A stretch of DNA of 64,000 nt from Gammaproteobacteria bacterium (GCA_045564455.1 JBJLHG010000002.1:679877-743876), one strand, 5' to 3'; counted from the first letter of the stretch, positions 18,291-28,994 are shown. Numbers and translations are program-made. Notes: generated by a model not told the origin, from the letters alone.

Positions 18291-19301
18291 ATGAATAATG
18301 CTTCAATCATGCTCGATATTGAGGGCACTTCATTAACAGATGAAGATAAAAAATTGGTTAAGTCTCCCCATGTTGGCGGACTAATACTTTTTTCTCGAAA
18401 TTTTGAAAATAAAGATCAACTTATTGACTTGTGTTTTGAGATCAAGTCAATCAAACCAGAAATATTAATTGCAACAGATCAAGAAGGTGGAAGGGTGCAA
18501 AGATTTAAAGATGGCTTCTCGGAAATTCCTTCAATGCAAAGATTAGGAGATTTAGTTGCTCATGATGCTGAAAAAGGACTTTCCATGTGCCGAAAAACAG
18601 GGTGGTTAATGGCTACTGAGATGATAGCGACCGGAATTGATCTTAGTTTTGCTCCTGTTCTAGACATTGATAGAAATACAAGTAGCATTATTGGTGATAG
18701 ATCTTTTTCCGAGCATGTTGAAGTTGTTATTAATTCTGCAAAAGCATTTATTTTAGGGATGGCTGAGGGAGGCATGGCTGCGACAGGAAAACACTTTCCA
18801 GGCCATGGTGGAATTGAAGAAGATAGTCATCTGGAAGCTCCGATTGATGAGAGAACTTTATTAGAATTACAGACTCATGATTTAATGCCCTTCAAAGAGA
18901 TTAGTGATCTATTAGATGGAGTTATGACAGCTCATATTACTTTTCCTGAAATTGATGAATTGGCAGTAAGTTTTTCTAAAAAGTGGATTCAAGATATTCT
19001 TCGTGGAAATCTTAATTTTAGGGGAATTGTTTTTAGCGATGACTTATCCATGAAGGGCGCCGATATAGCTGGAAACTTTAAAAACAAAGCTAGGCTATCC
19101 ATTGAAGCAGGATGTGAAATGATTCTTGTTTGCAATAATAGATCTGGAGCTTTAGAGGTCTTAAACTTTTTCAAAGAAAACAACATTTCAAAAACAGAAA
19201 AGGTTTATTCAATGTTGATGGCTAAAGATATTTCATGGTCAGATTTAGATAAGAACATAGAAAGAAACGAAATTAGAAATGAACTAGTTAATTTAATTTG
19301 A
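18291..19301 (+). CDS. nagZ: Beta-N-acetylhexosaminidase NagZ (GH3)
   Basis: DQEGGRVQRF and KHFPGHG GH3/NagZ signatures. 336 aa. Confidence 0.9.
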   Translation: MNNASIMLDIEGTSLTDEDKKLVKSPHVGGLILFSRNFENKDQLIDLCFEIKSIKPEILIATDQEGGRVQRFKDGFSEIPSMQRLGDLVAHDAEKGLSMCRKTGWLMATEMIATGIDLSFAPVLDIDRNTSSIIGDRSFSEHVEVVINSAKAFILGMAEGGMAATGKHFPGHGGIEEDSHLEAPIDERTLLELQTHDLMPFKEISDLLDGVMTAHITFPEIDELAVSFSKKWIQDILRGNLNFRGIVFSDDLSMKGADIAGNFKNKARLSIEAGCEMILVCNNRSGALEVLNFFKENNISKTEKVYSMLMAKDISWSDLDKNIERNEIRNELVNLI

Positions 19302-19307
19302 AGGCAC

Positions 19308-19412
19308 TTAAAAATAAAAAACACCGATCAAATATCCACTAAAAAAGAAACCGATTGCATAGGCAGGATAATCTTTAAAAAAAAGCACAATAGATTCAAT
19401 ATATTCTTTCAT
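19308..19412 (-). CDS. Hypothetical 34-aa small membrane peptide (MKEYIESIVLFFKDYPAYAIGFFFSGYLIGVFYF)
   Basis: ATG-to-TAA ORF in an otherwise unexplained 253-bp gap. Hydrophobic C-terminal half. No SD and no homology evidence. Confidence 0.2.
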   Translation of the reverse strand: MKEYIESIVLFFKDYPAYAIGFFFSGYLIGVFYF

Positions 19413-19554
19413 AATGTGTATTTTACAGATACCTTAAATAGCCAATTGTTTCAGAAATAAATAAATAATTACCTCTATATGACAACAAATAGATCAAAAA
19501 AGTTTTTATTTATTTCAAAATTGACTAATTTGAAGCTTTAGAAAACACAAAGAT

Positions 19555-20361
19555 ATGAAGATATTTATAATTAGTTTGAAGGGTTATCAAGAAAGAAGGG
19601 ATTTCCAGATTTCACAAGCAAAAAAACATAATTTAGAAATAGAGTTTATTGATGCTATCAATGGATCTCAATTAACTGAAAATGATCTTCAACAAGCAGC
19701 AAACAAATGGACTAGAAATATTTTCCCTAAAGATATTGGCTGTTTTCATTCGCATCGCAAAGCCTGGAAAAGGGTTAGTCAAGAAAAAGATAAATGCTTG
19801 ATAATTGAAGATGATGTCATTTTTTGCGACAGAATTAAGAAGATATTAAATTATATTGAAAGAGTTTCAGATGAGTGGAATGTTGCATATGATTTAGAGT
19901 TTGTGCCAAGAAAGCATATTTTTGGTAAAAAAATTATTTGGACAGAAAATTTAACTAAAACCAATGCAATTAAAATTTACCAGAATAAAGATGGTCTTGG
20001 AGCTTATATAATCGCTCCAAAATTAGCATCAAAGATTTATCATGAACTATCTCAATACGCCATGATTGATGCAGCTTTCTGGTCAAGAAAATGGATTCAG
20101 TATAGACAACTAGAACCTGCGCCAGCTGTGCAAATGATGCACATTAATAAAGAAACTAAAGGAGATAAAACTTCTATCAGTCAAGTTAGAAATAAGAATT
20201 ATTTAAATGATTCTTGGATATCAAGAAAGCTCATTAGATTAAGAATCTCTTTATATGAATTACCCGCTTTCTTAAAAGCAATCATTTTTGGAGAAAAAAG
20301 AGAGATATTATTCAATCGACAGGAACTAGAAAATAATTTTGAATATTTAGTTAAGAAATGA
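19555..20361 (+). CDS. Glycosyltransferase family 25 (LPS/LOS beta-1,4-galactosyltransferase-like)
   Basis: MKIFIISL..R start, GCFHSHRKAW and IIEDDV motifs typical of GT25. Confidence 0.75.
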   Translation: MKIFIISLKGYQERRDFQISQAKKHNLEIEFIDAINGSQLTENDLQQAANKWTRNIFPKDIGCFHSHRKAWKRVSQEKDKCLIIEDDVIFCDRIKKILNYIERVSDEWNVAYDLEFVPRKHIFGKKIIWTENLTKTNAIKIYQNKDGLGAYIIAPKLASKIYHELSQYAMIDAAFWSRKWIQYRQLEPAPAVQMMHINKETKGDKTSISQVRNKNYLNDSWISRKLIRLRISLYELPAFLKAIIFGEKREILFNRQELENNFEYLVKK

Positions 20362-20708
20362 AATCTATAACCATTTATCACAATCCTGGATGCAGCAAAT
20401 CAAGAGAAACTCTTAAGATACTTGAAGATAATAGAATTAATATAGTTGTTGTGCTCTATCTTGAGACAGGTCTGACAAAAAAAATAATTAAATCTTTAAT
20501 ATTAGCCTTGAAATGCTCAGTAAGAGACTTAATACGGAAGGGAGAATTAGAATATAAAGATAACAAATTATTTAATTTAGCCTTATCAGAAGATTATTTG
20601 ATTGGTTGTTTGGTAAAATTTCCAAAAATTCTCGAAAGACCTATAGTGATAAAAGGAGATCAAGGAATTATAGGCCGACCGCCTGAAAATGTTTTAAAAA
20701 TAATATAA
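20358..20708 (+). CDS. arsC: ArsC-family (glutaredoxin-type arsenate reductase-like) protein
   Basis: ITIYHNPGCSKSRETL matches the HNPxCxxSR active-site region. ERPIV near the C-terminus. ATGA overlap with the GT25 gene. No arsB/acr3 nearby. Confidence 0.7.
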   Translation: MKSITIYHNPGCSKSRETLKILEDNRINIVVVLYLETGLTKKIIKSLILALKCSVRDLIRKGELEYKDNKLFNLALSEDYLIGCLVKFPKILERPIVIKGDQGIIGRPPENVLKII

Positions 20709-20716
20709 AAATATTT

Positions 20717-22093
20717 TTAATCCACTAAAAATTTTCCAGCCTCAACTCCAAATTGATCGAAAGGATTGATTTGAAGCATTTGAGCAGAAATAAAAACTTT
20801 ATGCTCCCAAGAAGCTAAAAGATATCCCAAGGTGAATGGAGTTAATTCGCTTAATTTAAATAAGTTTACCGAAATATTACTATTTACTTCTAGTTTAGAT
20901 CCTTTAAATTCTTCCGGAGAATTAATAAAGAGATCACTCTGGGTTTGTGCTTGAGAATTAATTAAAGACTTTTTAGATTTTTTATTAGCAATATAAATAA
21001 GATCAGCAGCACTATTAGATGTGCCTTGATGCAGCATCTGGAAGTAGGAATGTTGAGCTGAAGGACCAAATCCACCATATATAGTTTGACTAGTGGATGT
21101 AAAAACAGAATCAGGATGAGATCTTTTACCTAAGGACTCCATTTCTAATTGTTGAAGATAATTAGAGATAGATCTCAATTTCCAAGAATAAGGAAGGATG
21201 ACTTTAATATTTTTACCTAAAAAGTTACTATTCCAGATGTCTGTAAAAGATAAAGTTTTTAATGTTTTTATATAATTAATATTCTCTCTTATCTCTAAAT
21301 CAGCTTTGTTAGCACCTGATAAAAAATCAATAAATTCATCACCTAGTTCTATAATTGCAGGAAGAGAAATTGCAGACCATATTGAATAACGACCACCTAT
21401 TTCTTTTGCAAATGAAAATACATTTTCATCTAAAAAACCTAACTCTTTAGCTCGACCTTTATTTGCAGTCACTGCAAAAAAAGAATCCATAATTTCTTTT
21501 TTAGAAGATTTGTTATTTCTTAAAACCCATTCTTTTGCAATATCAAAATTTGTAATAGTTTCAATGGTATTTAAAGATTTAGATGAAACAATAAAGACTG
21601 TTTCTGAGGATTCACACTGATTTAATAATTCTTCTATTTCAGCTGGATCTGAGCCAGAAATAAAAAAATAATTAAATTTATGAGTTGGTAAATATGTTAA
21701 GGATTCAATTAGTAATTTTGGGCCTTCAAATGATCCTCCAGTTCCTAAATTTACAATATTCTTAATATTTTTACTTAATAAGTCAGCTTTTAAAACTTCT
21801 ATTGATTCTATTAAATCATTTTCCGACAATATATCTTCTTGTCTACATTGCCAATGAAGAGCAGGTTGATTTTCAGATAAATTTACTACTTTTGCTCGAA
21901 AGAGATCTTGAATGGATTCATTTATATTTAAATGATTATAAATTGACTCAAAAGAGTCTAGAACAGATTGATTTAATCCATGCGCAATAGATTTAATAGA
22001 AATATATTCATCTAAGTAATCAACTAAAACCCTAGGTTTAGTATCTTTTTTTGACTCAGCTATAAAGCTTTTTTTTATTTTTAAGATGTCCAA
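20717..22093 (-). CDS. pgi: Glucose-6-phosphate isomerase (short form)
   Basis: GIGGSFEGP, GGRYSIWSAI, ESLGK, NPFDQFGVE phosphoglucose isomerase signatures. 458 aa. Confidence 0.8.
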   Translation of the reverse strand: MDILKIKKSFIAESKKDTKPRVLVDYLDEYISIKSIAHGLNQSVLDSFESIYNHLNINESIQDLFRAKVVNLSENQPALHWQCRQEDILSENDLIESIEVLKADLLSKNIKNIVNLGTGGSFEGPKLLIESLTYLPTHKFNYFFISGSDPAEIEELLNQCESSETVFIVSSKSLNTIETITNFDIAKEWVLRNNKSSKKEIMDSFFAVTANKGRAKELGFLDENVFSFAKEIGGRYSIWSAISLPAIIELGDEFIDFLSGANKADLEIRENINYIKTLKTLSFTDIWNSNFLGKNIKVILPYSWKLRSISNYLQQLEMESLGKRSHPDSVFTSTSQTIYGGFGPSAQHSYFQMLHQGTSNSAADLIYIANKKSKKSLINSQAQTQSDLFINSPEEFKGSKLEVNSNISVNLFKLSELTPFTLGYLLASWEHKVFISAQMLQINPFDQFGVEAGKFLVD

Positions 22094-22159
22094 AATTTAT
22101 GTTGATTATAACCAATATATCTTGGATATTAGACGAATAAAGACTACTTAATTTTAAAT

Positions 22160-23140
22160 ATGAATAAATCATGGTTTCTCATCTTTGTTCTTTTTCTTTC
22201 TAATTGCGCTATGAACGAACCTTATAAAAATACTAATGAAGTTTCAAAAACTGAAAGAAGTTTTTCAGAATTATTAAAATGGCGAAGGGAAAGAGTAAGT
22301 CCTGAAAGGGTAGAAATTGAAATTTCTCAAGATTGGAAGAATATTGCAAGTAAAGAAGAAAATTACGCTGTCTGGATTGGCCATTCAACTTTTTTAATAA
22401 AAGAAGGAAGAATAACTATCTTGACTGATCCTGTTTTTTCTAATCGAGCCTCTCCTCTTTCTTTTGCTGGTCCAAAGCGTTTAATTCCTCCAGCTTTGAA
22501 TATCGACGATTTGCCAAATATAGATATAGTGACCATAAGTCATAACCATTATGATCATCTAGATATAAGAAGTTTAAAAAAGATTTCTAAAAAATTTCCT
22601 AATGTTTTATTTTTCGTCCCTAAAGGAGACAAAAAATTACTTAAAAAAGCTGGTATTAAAAACGTTTTTGATTTTATGTGGTGGGATGAAAAAAGAGTTG
22701 GAGATACAGTGTTTACTTTCACTCCTGTTCAGCATTGGTCTGCAAGAGGTTTGTTTGATCGAAGTGAAAGTTTATGGGGTGGATGGTTCATGAAGAACAA
22801 AACTATTTCTCTTTTTCATGCTGGAGATACAGGCTATTCAGATGATTTTAAAGAAATTTATAAAAAATTAGGATCACCAGACTTAGCAATGATTCCAATA
22901 GGAGCCTATTCCCCTCAATGGTTCATGAAATTTAGTCATGTGAATCCTAAAGAGGCAGTCCAGATAGCTTTAGATATGAGGGCAAAAAAATCTATAGGCA
23001 TGCACTGGGGTACATTTATTTTGACAGATGAGCCGGTTAAAGAACCTCCTATATTATTAAAGAAAGAACTTGTCGAATTGAATTTATCTTCTAATTTTTT
23101 TCAAGTCGTTAAACCTGGAGAGGTTTTATCTCTAAATTGA
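22160..23140 (+). CDS. MBL-fold metallo-hydrolase (NAPE-PLD-like), predicted lipoprotein
   Basis: Lipobox LSNCA. ISHNHYDHLD metal-binding motif. Distal HAGDTGY and GMHWGTF. Confidence 0.75.
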   Translation: MNKSWFLIFVLFLSNCAMNEPYKNTNEVSKTERSFSELLKWRRERVSPERVEIEISQDWKNIASKEENYAVWIGHSTFLIKEGRITILTDPVFSNRASPLSFAGPKRLIPPALNIDDLPNIDIVTISHNHYDHLDIRSLKKISKKFPNVLFFVPKGDKKLLKKAGIKNVFDFMWWDEKRVGDTVFTFTPVQHWSARGLFDRSESLWGGWFMKNKTISLFHAGDTGYSDDFKEIYKKLGSPDLAMIPIGAYSPQWFMKFSHVNPKEAVQIALDMRAKKSIGMHWGTFILTDEPVKEPPILLKKELVELNLSSNFFQVVKPGEVLSLN

Positions 23141-23141
23141 A

Positions 23142-23816
23142 ATGAAAAGTATATTATTTATTAATTTTATAAGGTTTATTCCTATAGTTTTTAGTATAGG
23201 AATATTAATTTCTATTTTTTTCTATCCAGGAGGAAATATTCATGACAATTCTCAGAGTGGATATTCCTTCACACATAATTTTCTAAGCGATCTGGGGGGA
23301 TATCAATCTCATTCAGGTGAGGTTAATTTTATTTCATCTTTTTTCTTTGCCTTCTCTCTTTTTCTGTTTGGATTTGCTGGTATTGCTTTTTTATTTATTC
23401 CTCAGATTTTTAAAGAAGATAAAATTAACTATTTTTTAGCTTTAGTTGGATCTGCATTCTTTATGCTCGGATCATTTTTTTTTGCTGGAGTTGGGTTGAC
23501 GCCACATGATTTATATATGGACGAACACATTTTTTTTGCTTTAAATGCTTTTAGATTTCTTATACCAGCTTCATTTTTGTACCTAATTGTTCTTTATAGA
23601 AGTCATGCAGATAAGTTTTTTTCATTAGTTTTATTTTTTTTACTAGTTTCAACCTTTGCTTATGTTATCTACCAGCTATCAGGAGGAAATCCTATGGAAG
23701 ATATGAATGAGATGATTAAGCAGGCCACAATACAAAAACTGATAGTTATGGTTAATATTTTTTGTGTTTTTTTTATAAGCTTTGCCTTTTCTCAGCAATT
23801 AAAAAGGTCAAATTAA
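23142..23816 (+). CDS. Integral membrane protein (DUF998-like)
   Basis: 224 aa, about 6 TM segments, FLSDLGG motif reminiscent of DUF998. Confidence 0.45.
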   Translation: MKSILFINFIRFIPIVFSIGILISIFFYPGGNIHDNSQSGYSFTHNFLSDLGGYQSHSGEVNFISSFFFAFSLFLFGFAGIAFLFIPQIFKEDKINYFLALVGSAFFMLGSFFFAGVGLTPHDLYMDEHIFFALNAFRFLIPASFLYLIVLYRSHADKFFSLVLFFLLVSTFAYVIYQLSGGNPMEDMNEMIKQATIQKLIVMVNIFCVFFISFAFSQQLKRSN

Positions 23817-23841
23817 TTTATAAAAGCTTATAATTTAATAA

Positions 23842-24384
23842 ATGTTGGGACATAAAGAAATTATAAAGATGGGTAATCCCATTTTAAGAAAAACCGCTAA
23901 GCCATTCACTAAAGAAGAGATTATTTTACCTGAAACAAAAGATCTTATTAGTCGAATGTGGCGAGTGATGGAGGAAGCTGGAGGTATTGGTCTAGCAGCT
24001 CCACAAATAGCTATATCTAGACAGTTAACTGTTATTAGGCTTGAAGATTCATCTGAAAGATATCCAGGTATAGATAATTCTCCCGAGTTTATTATTTTCA
24101 ATCCAGAAATTTCTATTTTAGATAAAGCTAATCAAGGTTTTTGGGAAGGGTGTTTGAGTATTCCAGCTCTGAGGGGTTATGTGGAAAGACCAAAGAAAAT
24201 ATTAGTTAAATACTTAAATGAAAAAGCTCAACCAAAAGAAGTTGAACTAGAAGGTTTTTTAGCTACAGTCTTCCAACATGAAATAGACCACTTATTTGGT
24301 AAGCTTTATATAGATCGTATTTCTAATACTGAATTAATAGTTTATGAAGAAGAAATGAATAAGTTAACTAATAAAGACGATTAA
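23842..24384 (+). CDS. def: Peptide deformylase
   Basis: GIGLAAPQI, EGCLSIP and HEIDH motifs. No adjacent fmt. Confidence 0.9.
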   Translation: MLGHKEIIKMGNPILRKTAKPFTKEEIILPETKDLISRMWRVMEEAGGIGLAAPQIAISRQLTVIRLEDSSERYPGIDNSPEFIIFNPEISILDKANQGFWEGCLSIPALRGYVERPKKILVKYLNEKAQPKEVELEGFLATVFQHEIDHLFGKLYIDRISNTELIVYEEEMNKLTNKDD

Positions 24385-24845
24385 TGTTTTCAGAGTTTGA
24401 TATAGAAATGATGACTATTGCTATGGATGAAGCAAAGCTTGCTGAATTAAAAGGAGAAGTTCCTGTAGGTGCGGTAATATCAAACAATAATAAAATAGTT
24501 TCTCAAGCCCATAATTTATCTATAAAACTAAATGATCCATCCGGACATGCTGAAATCTTAGCTTTAAGAAAAGCATCTGATAGACAACTAAATTATCGAA
24601 TTCCTAAATCTACGTTATATGTAACTCTAGAGCCTTGCATAATGTGTTACGGGGCAATGATTAATGCGAGAATTGAAAGGCTAGTAATTGGCGCTTTAGA
24701 TGATAAAAACGGTGTACCCTTAAGCAATAATAATTTTCTCACTGAGCTTAATTTAAACCACAAAATAAAAGCAGAGTTTGGGTTGATGGGAGAAAATGCT
24801 GCTTTTATATTAAAAAATTTCTTTATAAAAAAGAGAATCAAATAG
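24384..24845 (+). CDS. tadA: tRNA adenosine(34) deaminase
   Basis: HAEILALR and PCIMCYGA zinc-binding CDA motifs. TAATG junction with def. Confidence 0.9.
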   Translation: MFSEFDIEMMTIAMDEAKLAELKGEVPVGAVISNNNKIVSQAHNLSIKLNDPSGHAEILALRKASDRQLNYRIPKSTLYVTLEPCIMCYGAMINARIERLVIGALDDKNGVPLSNNNFLTELNLNHKIKAEFGLMGENAAFILKNFFIKKRIK

Positions 24846-25650
24846 AAAATTCTGTCCACACAGGGGCATGATCAGAAGGTTTTTCCATCCCTCTAATTTT
24901 ATAATCTATTCCCACGGTATTAACTTTTTCATACAGAGATGAAGTTACCCATAAATGGTCAATTCTTAAGCCTCTTTTTGGGTTGTCATCGAAGCCTCTG
25001 CTTCTGTAGTCAAACCAACTGTATTCATCATTTGAGGTGGGGTTAATTTTTCTATAACTGTCTTGAAAGCCCCAATCTTTTATATTTTGCAACCATTCTC
25101 TTTCCTCAGGAAGAAAACTACACTTGCCTGATCTTAACCATCTCTTTTTATTATCCTCTCCAATACCTATATCTATATCCTCTGGAGAAATATTTAGATC
25201 ACCTAGAATTACAATATTTTGGTCTTTCCTAAAGTTTTGGTCTAAATGAATCATTAGATCCTTAAAAAACTTTTCTTTATAAGGAAACTTTTTAGGATGA
25301 TCTCTGCTTTCTCCTTGAGGAAAATAGCCATTGATACATGTAATTTCAGTATTATTTATTTTATGCGTGCTGGTAATTAATCTACACTGCTCATCTTCAG
25401 AATCTGAAGAAAAACCTAAAGACGAATCTACTAAGTCAGTTTTATAAAAAGTAGCAACGCCATAATGACCTTTTTGACCATTGATAATAATTTTATATCC
25501 AAGATTATCTAATGACTCAAATGGAAAATCATCATTGTGAACTTTAGTTTCTTGAAAACAAATAATCTCTGGATTTTGAGTTTTTACTAATTCTTCAACT
25601 TGGTGAAATCTTGCTCTGATACCATTGACATTAAAAGATACTATTTTCAT
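24838..25650 (-). CDS. xthA: Exodeoxyribonuclease III
   Basis: MKIVSFNVNGIRAR..., QETK, SDHAPV. The track start (TTG 25656) is probably over-extended. ATG 25650 aligns with the E. coli XthA N-terminus. Confidence 0.9.
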   Translation of the reverse strand: MKIVSFNVNGIRARFHQVEELVKTQNPEIICFQETKVHNDDFPFESLDNLGYKIIINGQKGHYGVATFYKTDLVDSSLGFSSDSEDEQCRLITSTHKINNTEITCINGYFPQGESRDHPKKFPYKEKFFKDLMIHLDQNFRKDQNIVILGDLNISPEDIDIGIGEDNKKRWLRSGKCSFLPEEREWLQNIKDWGFQDSYRKINPTSNDEYSWFDYRSRGFDDNPKRGLRIDHLWVTSSLYEKVNTVGIDYKIRGMEKPSDHAPVWTEFSI

Positions 25651-25652
25651 TT

Positions 25653-27674
25653 TCAATTTTCTCTTAAAGATAATCTTGATGAGTATCTTAAAGAAATTTG
25701 ATCAATTAATATATTAGCTGCCTCATTTAAAATAATTTCATTTTTCTTATCAATTATTTCTTCTGAATCTGAATCAAGATATTCTTTATATGAATTGAAG
25801 GGATCAAGACCAATTGAAATTCTAAAAATATTTTCAATATTTACCCTCTCTTTTTCTATTTTTTTTCTTAAGATTTTTCTTTTATTTAGATTTACAGGAA
25901 GTAAATTTGTTATTTCATCTCTATTGATTAGATTTTTACTTTTTCTAATATAAGAATCCATAGAATTTTTTCTTATTCTATTTTTCGAGTCTCTTCTTAG
26001 TGGTGAAATATCCGATACTTGGTCGAAAGATTTATAGTAAACAGGAGAAATATCATCATATGGTAGGGCATTTTCATAACTCATTTCTCCAATCTCATCA
26101 TCATCAAAAACATAAGGAATTTCAATATCTGGTTTCACACCTTCATGTTGCGTGCTCTGTCCCGAAACCCTATAAAATTTTTGTTCAGTAAATTTAATTT
26201 GACCATATGAAAGATCTTGCATTCTTTGCACAGTCCCTTTGCCAAAAGTCTGACTGCCGATGATTAAACCTCTTTCTGTATCCTGAATAACGCCAGCTAA
26301 TATTTCTGATGCAGAAGCACTTAATTTATCAACCAATATAGCAATAGGACCAGAATAATTTTGCCTACCCATAGTGTGACCTAAAGGTTGAATCGATCCA
26401 TTAGACTCCATTACTTGAACCACATTTCCTCTTCCGATAAATAGTTTTGCCAACGAGTAAGCTTCGTACAGAGACCCGCCGCCATTCCCCCTTAAATCAA
26501 TTATTATGCCATCAGAATCATTTTTACTTAATTCCCTTAATAAATTCCTGACATCTTTTGAGCTACTCTTATAATCAAATCTATTTTTTTTGTAGGCCTC
26601 AAAATCCATATAAAAAGTAGGCAATTCGATGACTCCTATATTAAAAGAATTTCCATTTCTGCTTATATTAATCTCTTTCTTTTTAGCAGCTTGATCCTCA
26701 AGCTTTACCACATCTCGAGTAATCTCTATTATTCTTCCCGCCTCATCATCAGAAGCAGAAGCTGACAAAATTTCAAGTTTAACCGCAGTTTGCTTGGGGC
26801 CTCTTATTAACTTGACGACTTCATCAATTCTCCAATCTCTTACATCTTCAAGTTCATCATCTAAAGTTGATGCAACTCCTACAATTTTATCTGAGACTTT
26901 AATGAGACCTGATTTTTCAGCAGGACCACCCGGTATTAAACGAGTAATCTTTGTAATACCATCATCAGAAGAAAGGATGGCACCTATACCTTCAAGTGAT
27001 AAATACATATTAATCTCAAAGTCTTCTTGAGATTTGGGAGTCATATAATTTGTATGAGGATCATAAAAACTAGTGTAACTATTAACGTATATACTAAACA
27101 CATCATCTTTTGAAACTCTATTTAGGCTCTTTATTCTATTGTCTAAACGTTTTATAAGTTTTTTTATGGATTTTGATAGATTCTCTTCCTTTAAGTAAAT
27201 TGAAATTAATTCGCTTTTAGCTTCTATAAAATGATAATCAAAAATTTCCTTTAAAGAATTAAATCTCTTCAAATTTTCTCTATCTTTAAATACAAATAAA
27301 TTTGTGTTTAATTGAGCTTCATTTGAAATGGTTAAGACTTTTTCTTTTTGAAAATTTAATAAATTTATAGATCTTCTCTTAAAAGCATTAAAGGCTTCAA
27401 GTGAAAAGTCTATTTGATCTTTTTTAGAATGAGTTTCGCTAATAATAAATTCTTTGAATTCATCTCTTGTAAAAAATACTTTTTGACTATCAATAGTATT
27501 TAGATATTTTTTTTTAACTTCTACATTATCAATTTCAACATTTTTTTTAAAATGATATTTTATTAAGGTTTCTTCGACTTCAATTAACACATCTTCAAAG
27601 ATAGACTTTTTATCTTCTAGAGTGACAGTTAGGTTAGAAATGACTAACAGAATAATTATTTGAAAAATTTTCAT
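25653..27674 (-). CDS. prc: Tail-specific (C-terminal processing) protease, S41 family
   Basis: Signal peptide, PDZ region, GGGS..SASASE..GxxTFGKGTVQ S41 core. 673 aa. Confidence 0.85.
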   Translation of the reverse strand: MKIFQIIILLVISNLTVTLEDKKSIFEDVLIEVEETLIKYHFKKNVEIDNVEVKKKYLNTIDSQKVFFTRDEFKEFIISETHSKKDQIDFSLEAFNAFKRRSINLLNFQKEKVLTISNEAQLNTNLFVFKDRENLKRFNSLKEIFDYHFIEAKSELISIYLKEENLSKSIKKLIKRLDNRIKSLNRVSKDDVFSIYVNSYTSFYDPHTNYMTPKSQEDFEINMYLSLEGIGAILSSDDGITKITRLIPGGPAEKSGLIKVSDKIVGVASTLDDELEDVRDWRIDEVVKLIRGPKQTAVKLEILSASASDDEAGRIIEITRDVVKLEDQAAKKKEINISRNGNSFNIGVIELPTFYMDFEAYKKNRFDYKSSSKDVRNLLRELSKNDSDGIIIDLRGNGGGSLYEAYSLAKLFIGRGNVVQVMESNGSIQPLGHTMGRQNYSGPIAILVDKLSASASEILAGVIQDTERGLIIGSQTFGKGTVQRMQDLSYGQIKFTEQKFYRVSGQSTQHEGVKPDIEIPYVFDDDEIGEMSYENALPYDDISPVYYKSFDQVSDISPLRRDSKNRIRKNSMDSYIRKSKNLINRDEITNLLPVNLNKRKILRKKIEKERVNIENIFRISIGLDPFNSYKEYLDSDSEEIIDKKNEIILNEAANILIDQISLRYSSRLSLREN

Positions 27675-27697
27675 TGAATATATGTAATTTGAAAAAT

Positions 27698-28585
27698 TTA
27701 AAAGGATTTATTATTTGAGATTAAATTATCCTTATTTTTCCAAATCTCATTTAACCATACTTTAAATTCTGTTCTTAGAGAATCATTAGTTGCTAAATTT
27801 TCATTTCTGAAATGCGCTGGAATTTTTATTTTAGAAATAAAAATTTTAATATTTTTTATTTTTCCACACATAAAATTCCAAGATGATAAATTTTTTGATT
27901 CGTAGATAAATGTCATATCGATTAAATACTCAATTTTGGAAACATTGCTTAAAGCTATTGCCAATCCTCCTTCTTTTGGTCTAAGAAGATTTTCATAGGG
28001 ACTATCTTGCTTTTCATGCTTTTCTTTCGTGAATCTAGTTCCTTCAGCATAACTAAAAATTGATACCGGATGAAGAGAGTAATGTTCTAATGATTTTTTC
28101 ATTGCTTTGTAATCTCTTCCTTTGAGATTAGGATTTTTTTTAATTTGTTTTTTTGAATATCTTTTAAGAAAAGGCATGTCTAATGCCCACCAACATATCC
28201 CAATTATTGGAACAAAAGCCAAAATATATTTAATGAAAAATTTAAGCATTGGAATTTTTCTATTGGTTATTTTTTGGACCAAAAAAATATCTGCTGCACT
28301 TTGATGATTGGAAGTAGCTAGATACCATGAATTTTTATCAAAATTTTCTAGTCCTTCTATCTTTATATTTGGTTTATGCAATCCTATGACCCAAATAGAA
28401 TTAATAAATATCCAAATTTCACCTATTTTAATTATCAATTTCGTGAAAGAAGCTTGGAATTTTTTATGAGGAATCATAAATTTAATTATTCCAAGTGGAA
28501 TCATCAAAATTGCGAGCAATAAAGTGTTGATAATCAAAACACAGGAAGAAGAAATTCCAATTAAATTATGTTTAATAAAACCCAT
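27698..28585 (-). CDS. Lysophospholipid/1-acyl-sn-glycerol-3-phosphate acyltransferase (YihG-like)
   Basis: NHQSAADI (Hx4D) and YAEGTRF acyltransferase motifs. N-terminal TM segments. Confidence 0.7.
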   Translation of the reverse strand: MGFIKHNLIGISSSCVLIINTLLLAILMIPLGIIKFMIPHKKFQASFTKLIIKIGEIWIFINSIWVIGLHKPNIKIEGLENFDKNSWYLATSNHQSAADIFLVQKITNRKIPMLKFFIKYILAFVPIIGICWWALDMPFLKRYSKKQIKKNPNLKGRDYKAMKKSLEHYSLHPVSIFSYAEGTRFTKEKHEKQDSPYENLLRPKEGGLAIALSNVSKIEYLIDMTFIYESKNLSSWNFMCGKIKNIKIFISKIKIPAHFRNENLATNDSLRTEFKVWLNEIWKNKDNLISNNKSF

Positions 28586-28597
28586 CTGTATTAATTC

Positions 28598-28993
28598 TTA
28601 CTTCTTATTTTTCTTTATATTTTCTTGATGCTTAATTTCTATCCAAGCTTTTTTTTGTTCCTCAAGAGTATGTTTTCTTTTGGAACTAAATACATAAGGA
28701 TGTCTTCTAATAAGCTTTTTACTCAGACTATCTGCTACATCATAAAAATTAAATAGTTTTTTTTCATTTGCTATTTCGCAATGGAAAATTACTTGTAATA
28801 GTAAATCGCCAAGTTCTTCCTTTAAATTTTCAGGATCATTTTTTTTTATGGCCTCTATAACCTCTAGAGCTTCTTCTTCAAGAAAGGGAATTAACGATTT
28901 AGAAGTTTGAGATTTATCCCATTCACATCCTGTTTCAGGATCCCTAAGATTTCGCATTACCTCTAATAAATTGGCAATACTATTTTTCTCCAT
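28598..28993 (-). CDS. mazG: Single-domain MazG nucleoside triphosphate pyrophosphohydrolase
   Basis: GCEWD, EEALEVIEAI, ELGDLLLQV, RHPYVF MazG motifs. Start moved to ATG 28993, 1 nt after the upstream stop. The track ORF extends into the upstream gene. Confidence 0.8.
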   Translation of the reverse strand: MEKNSIANLLEVMRNLRDPETGCEWDKSQTSKSLIPFLEEEALEVIEAIKKNDPENLKEELGDLLLQVIFHCEIANEKKLFNFYDVADSLSKKLIRRHPYVFSSKRKHTLEEQKKAWIEIKHQENIKKNKK

Positions 28994-28994
28994 A

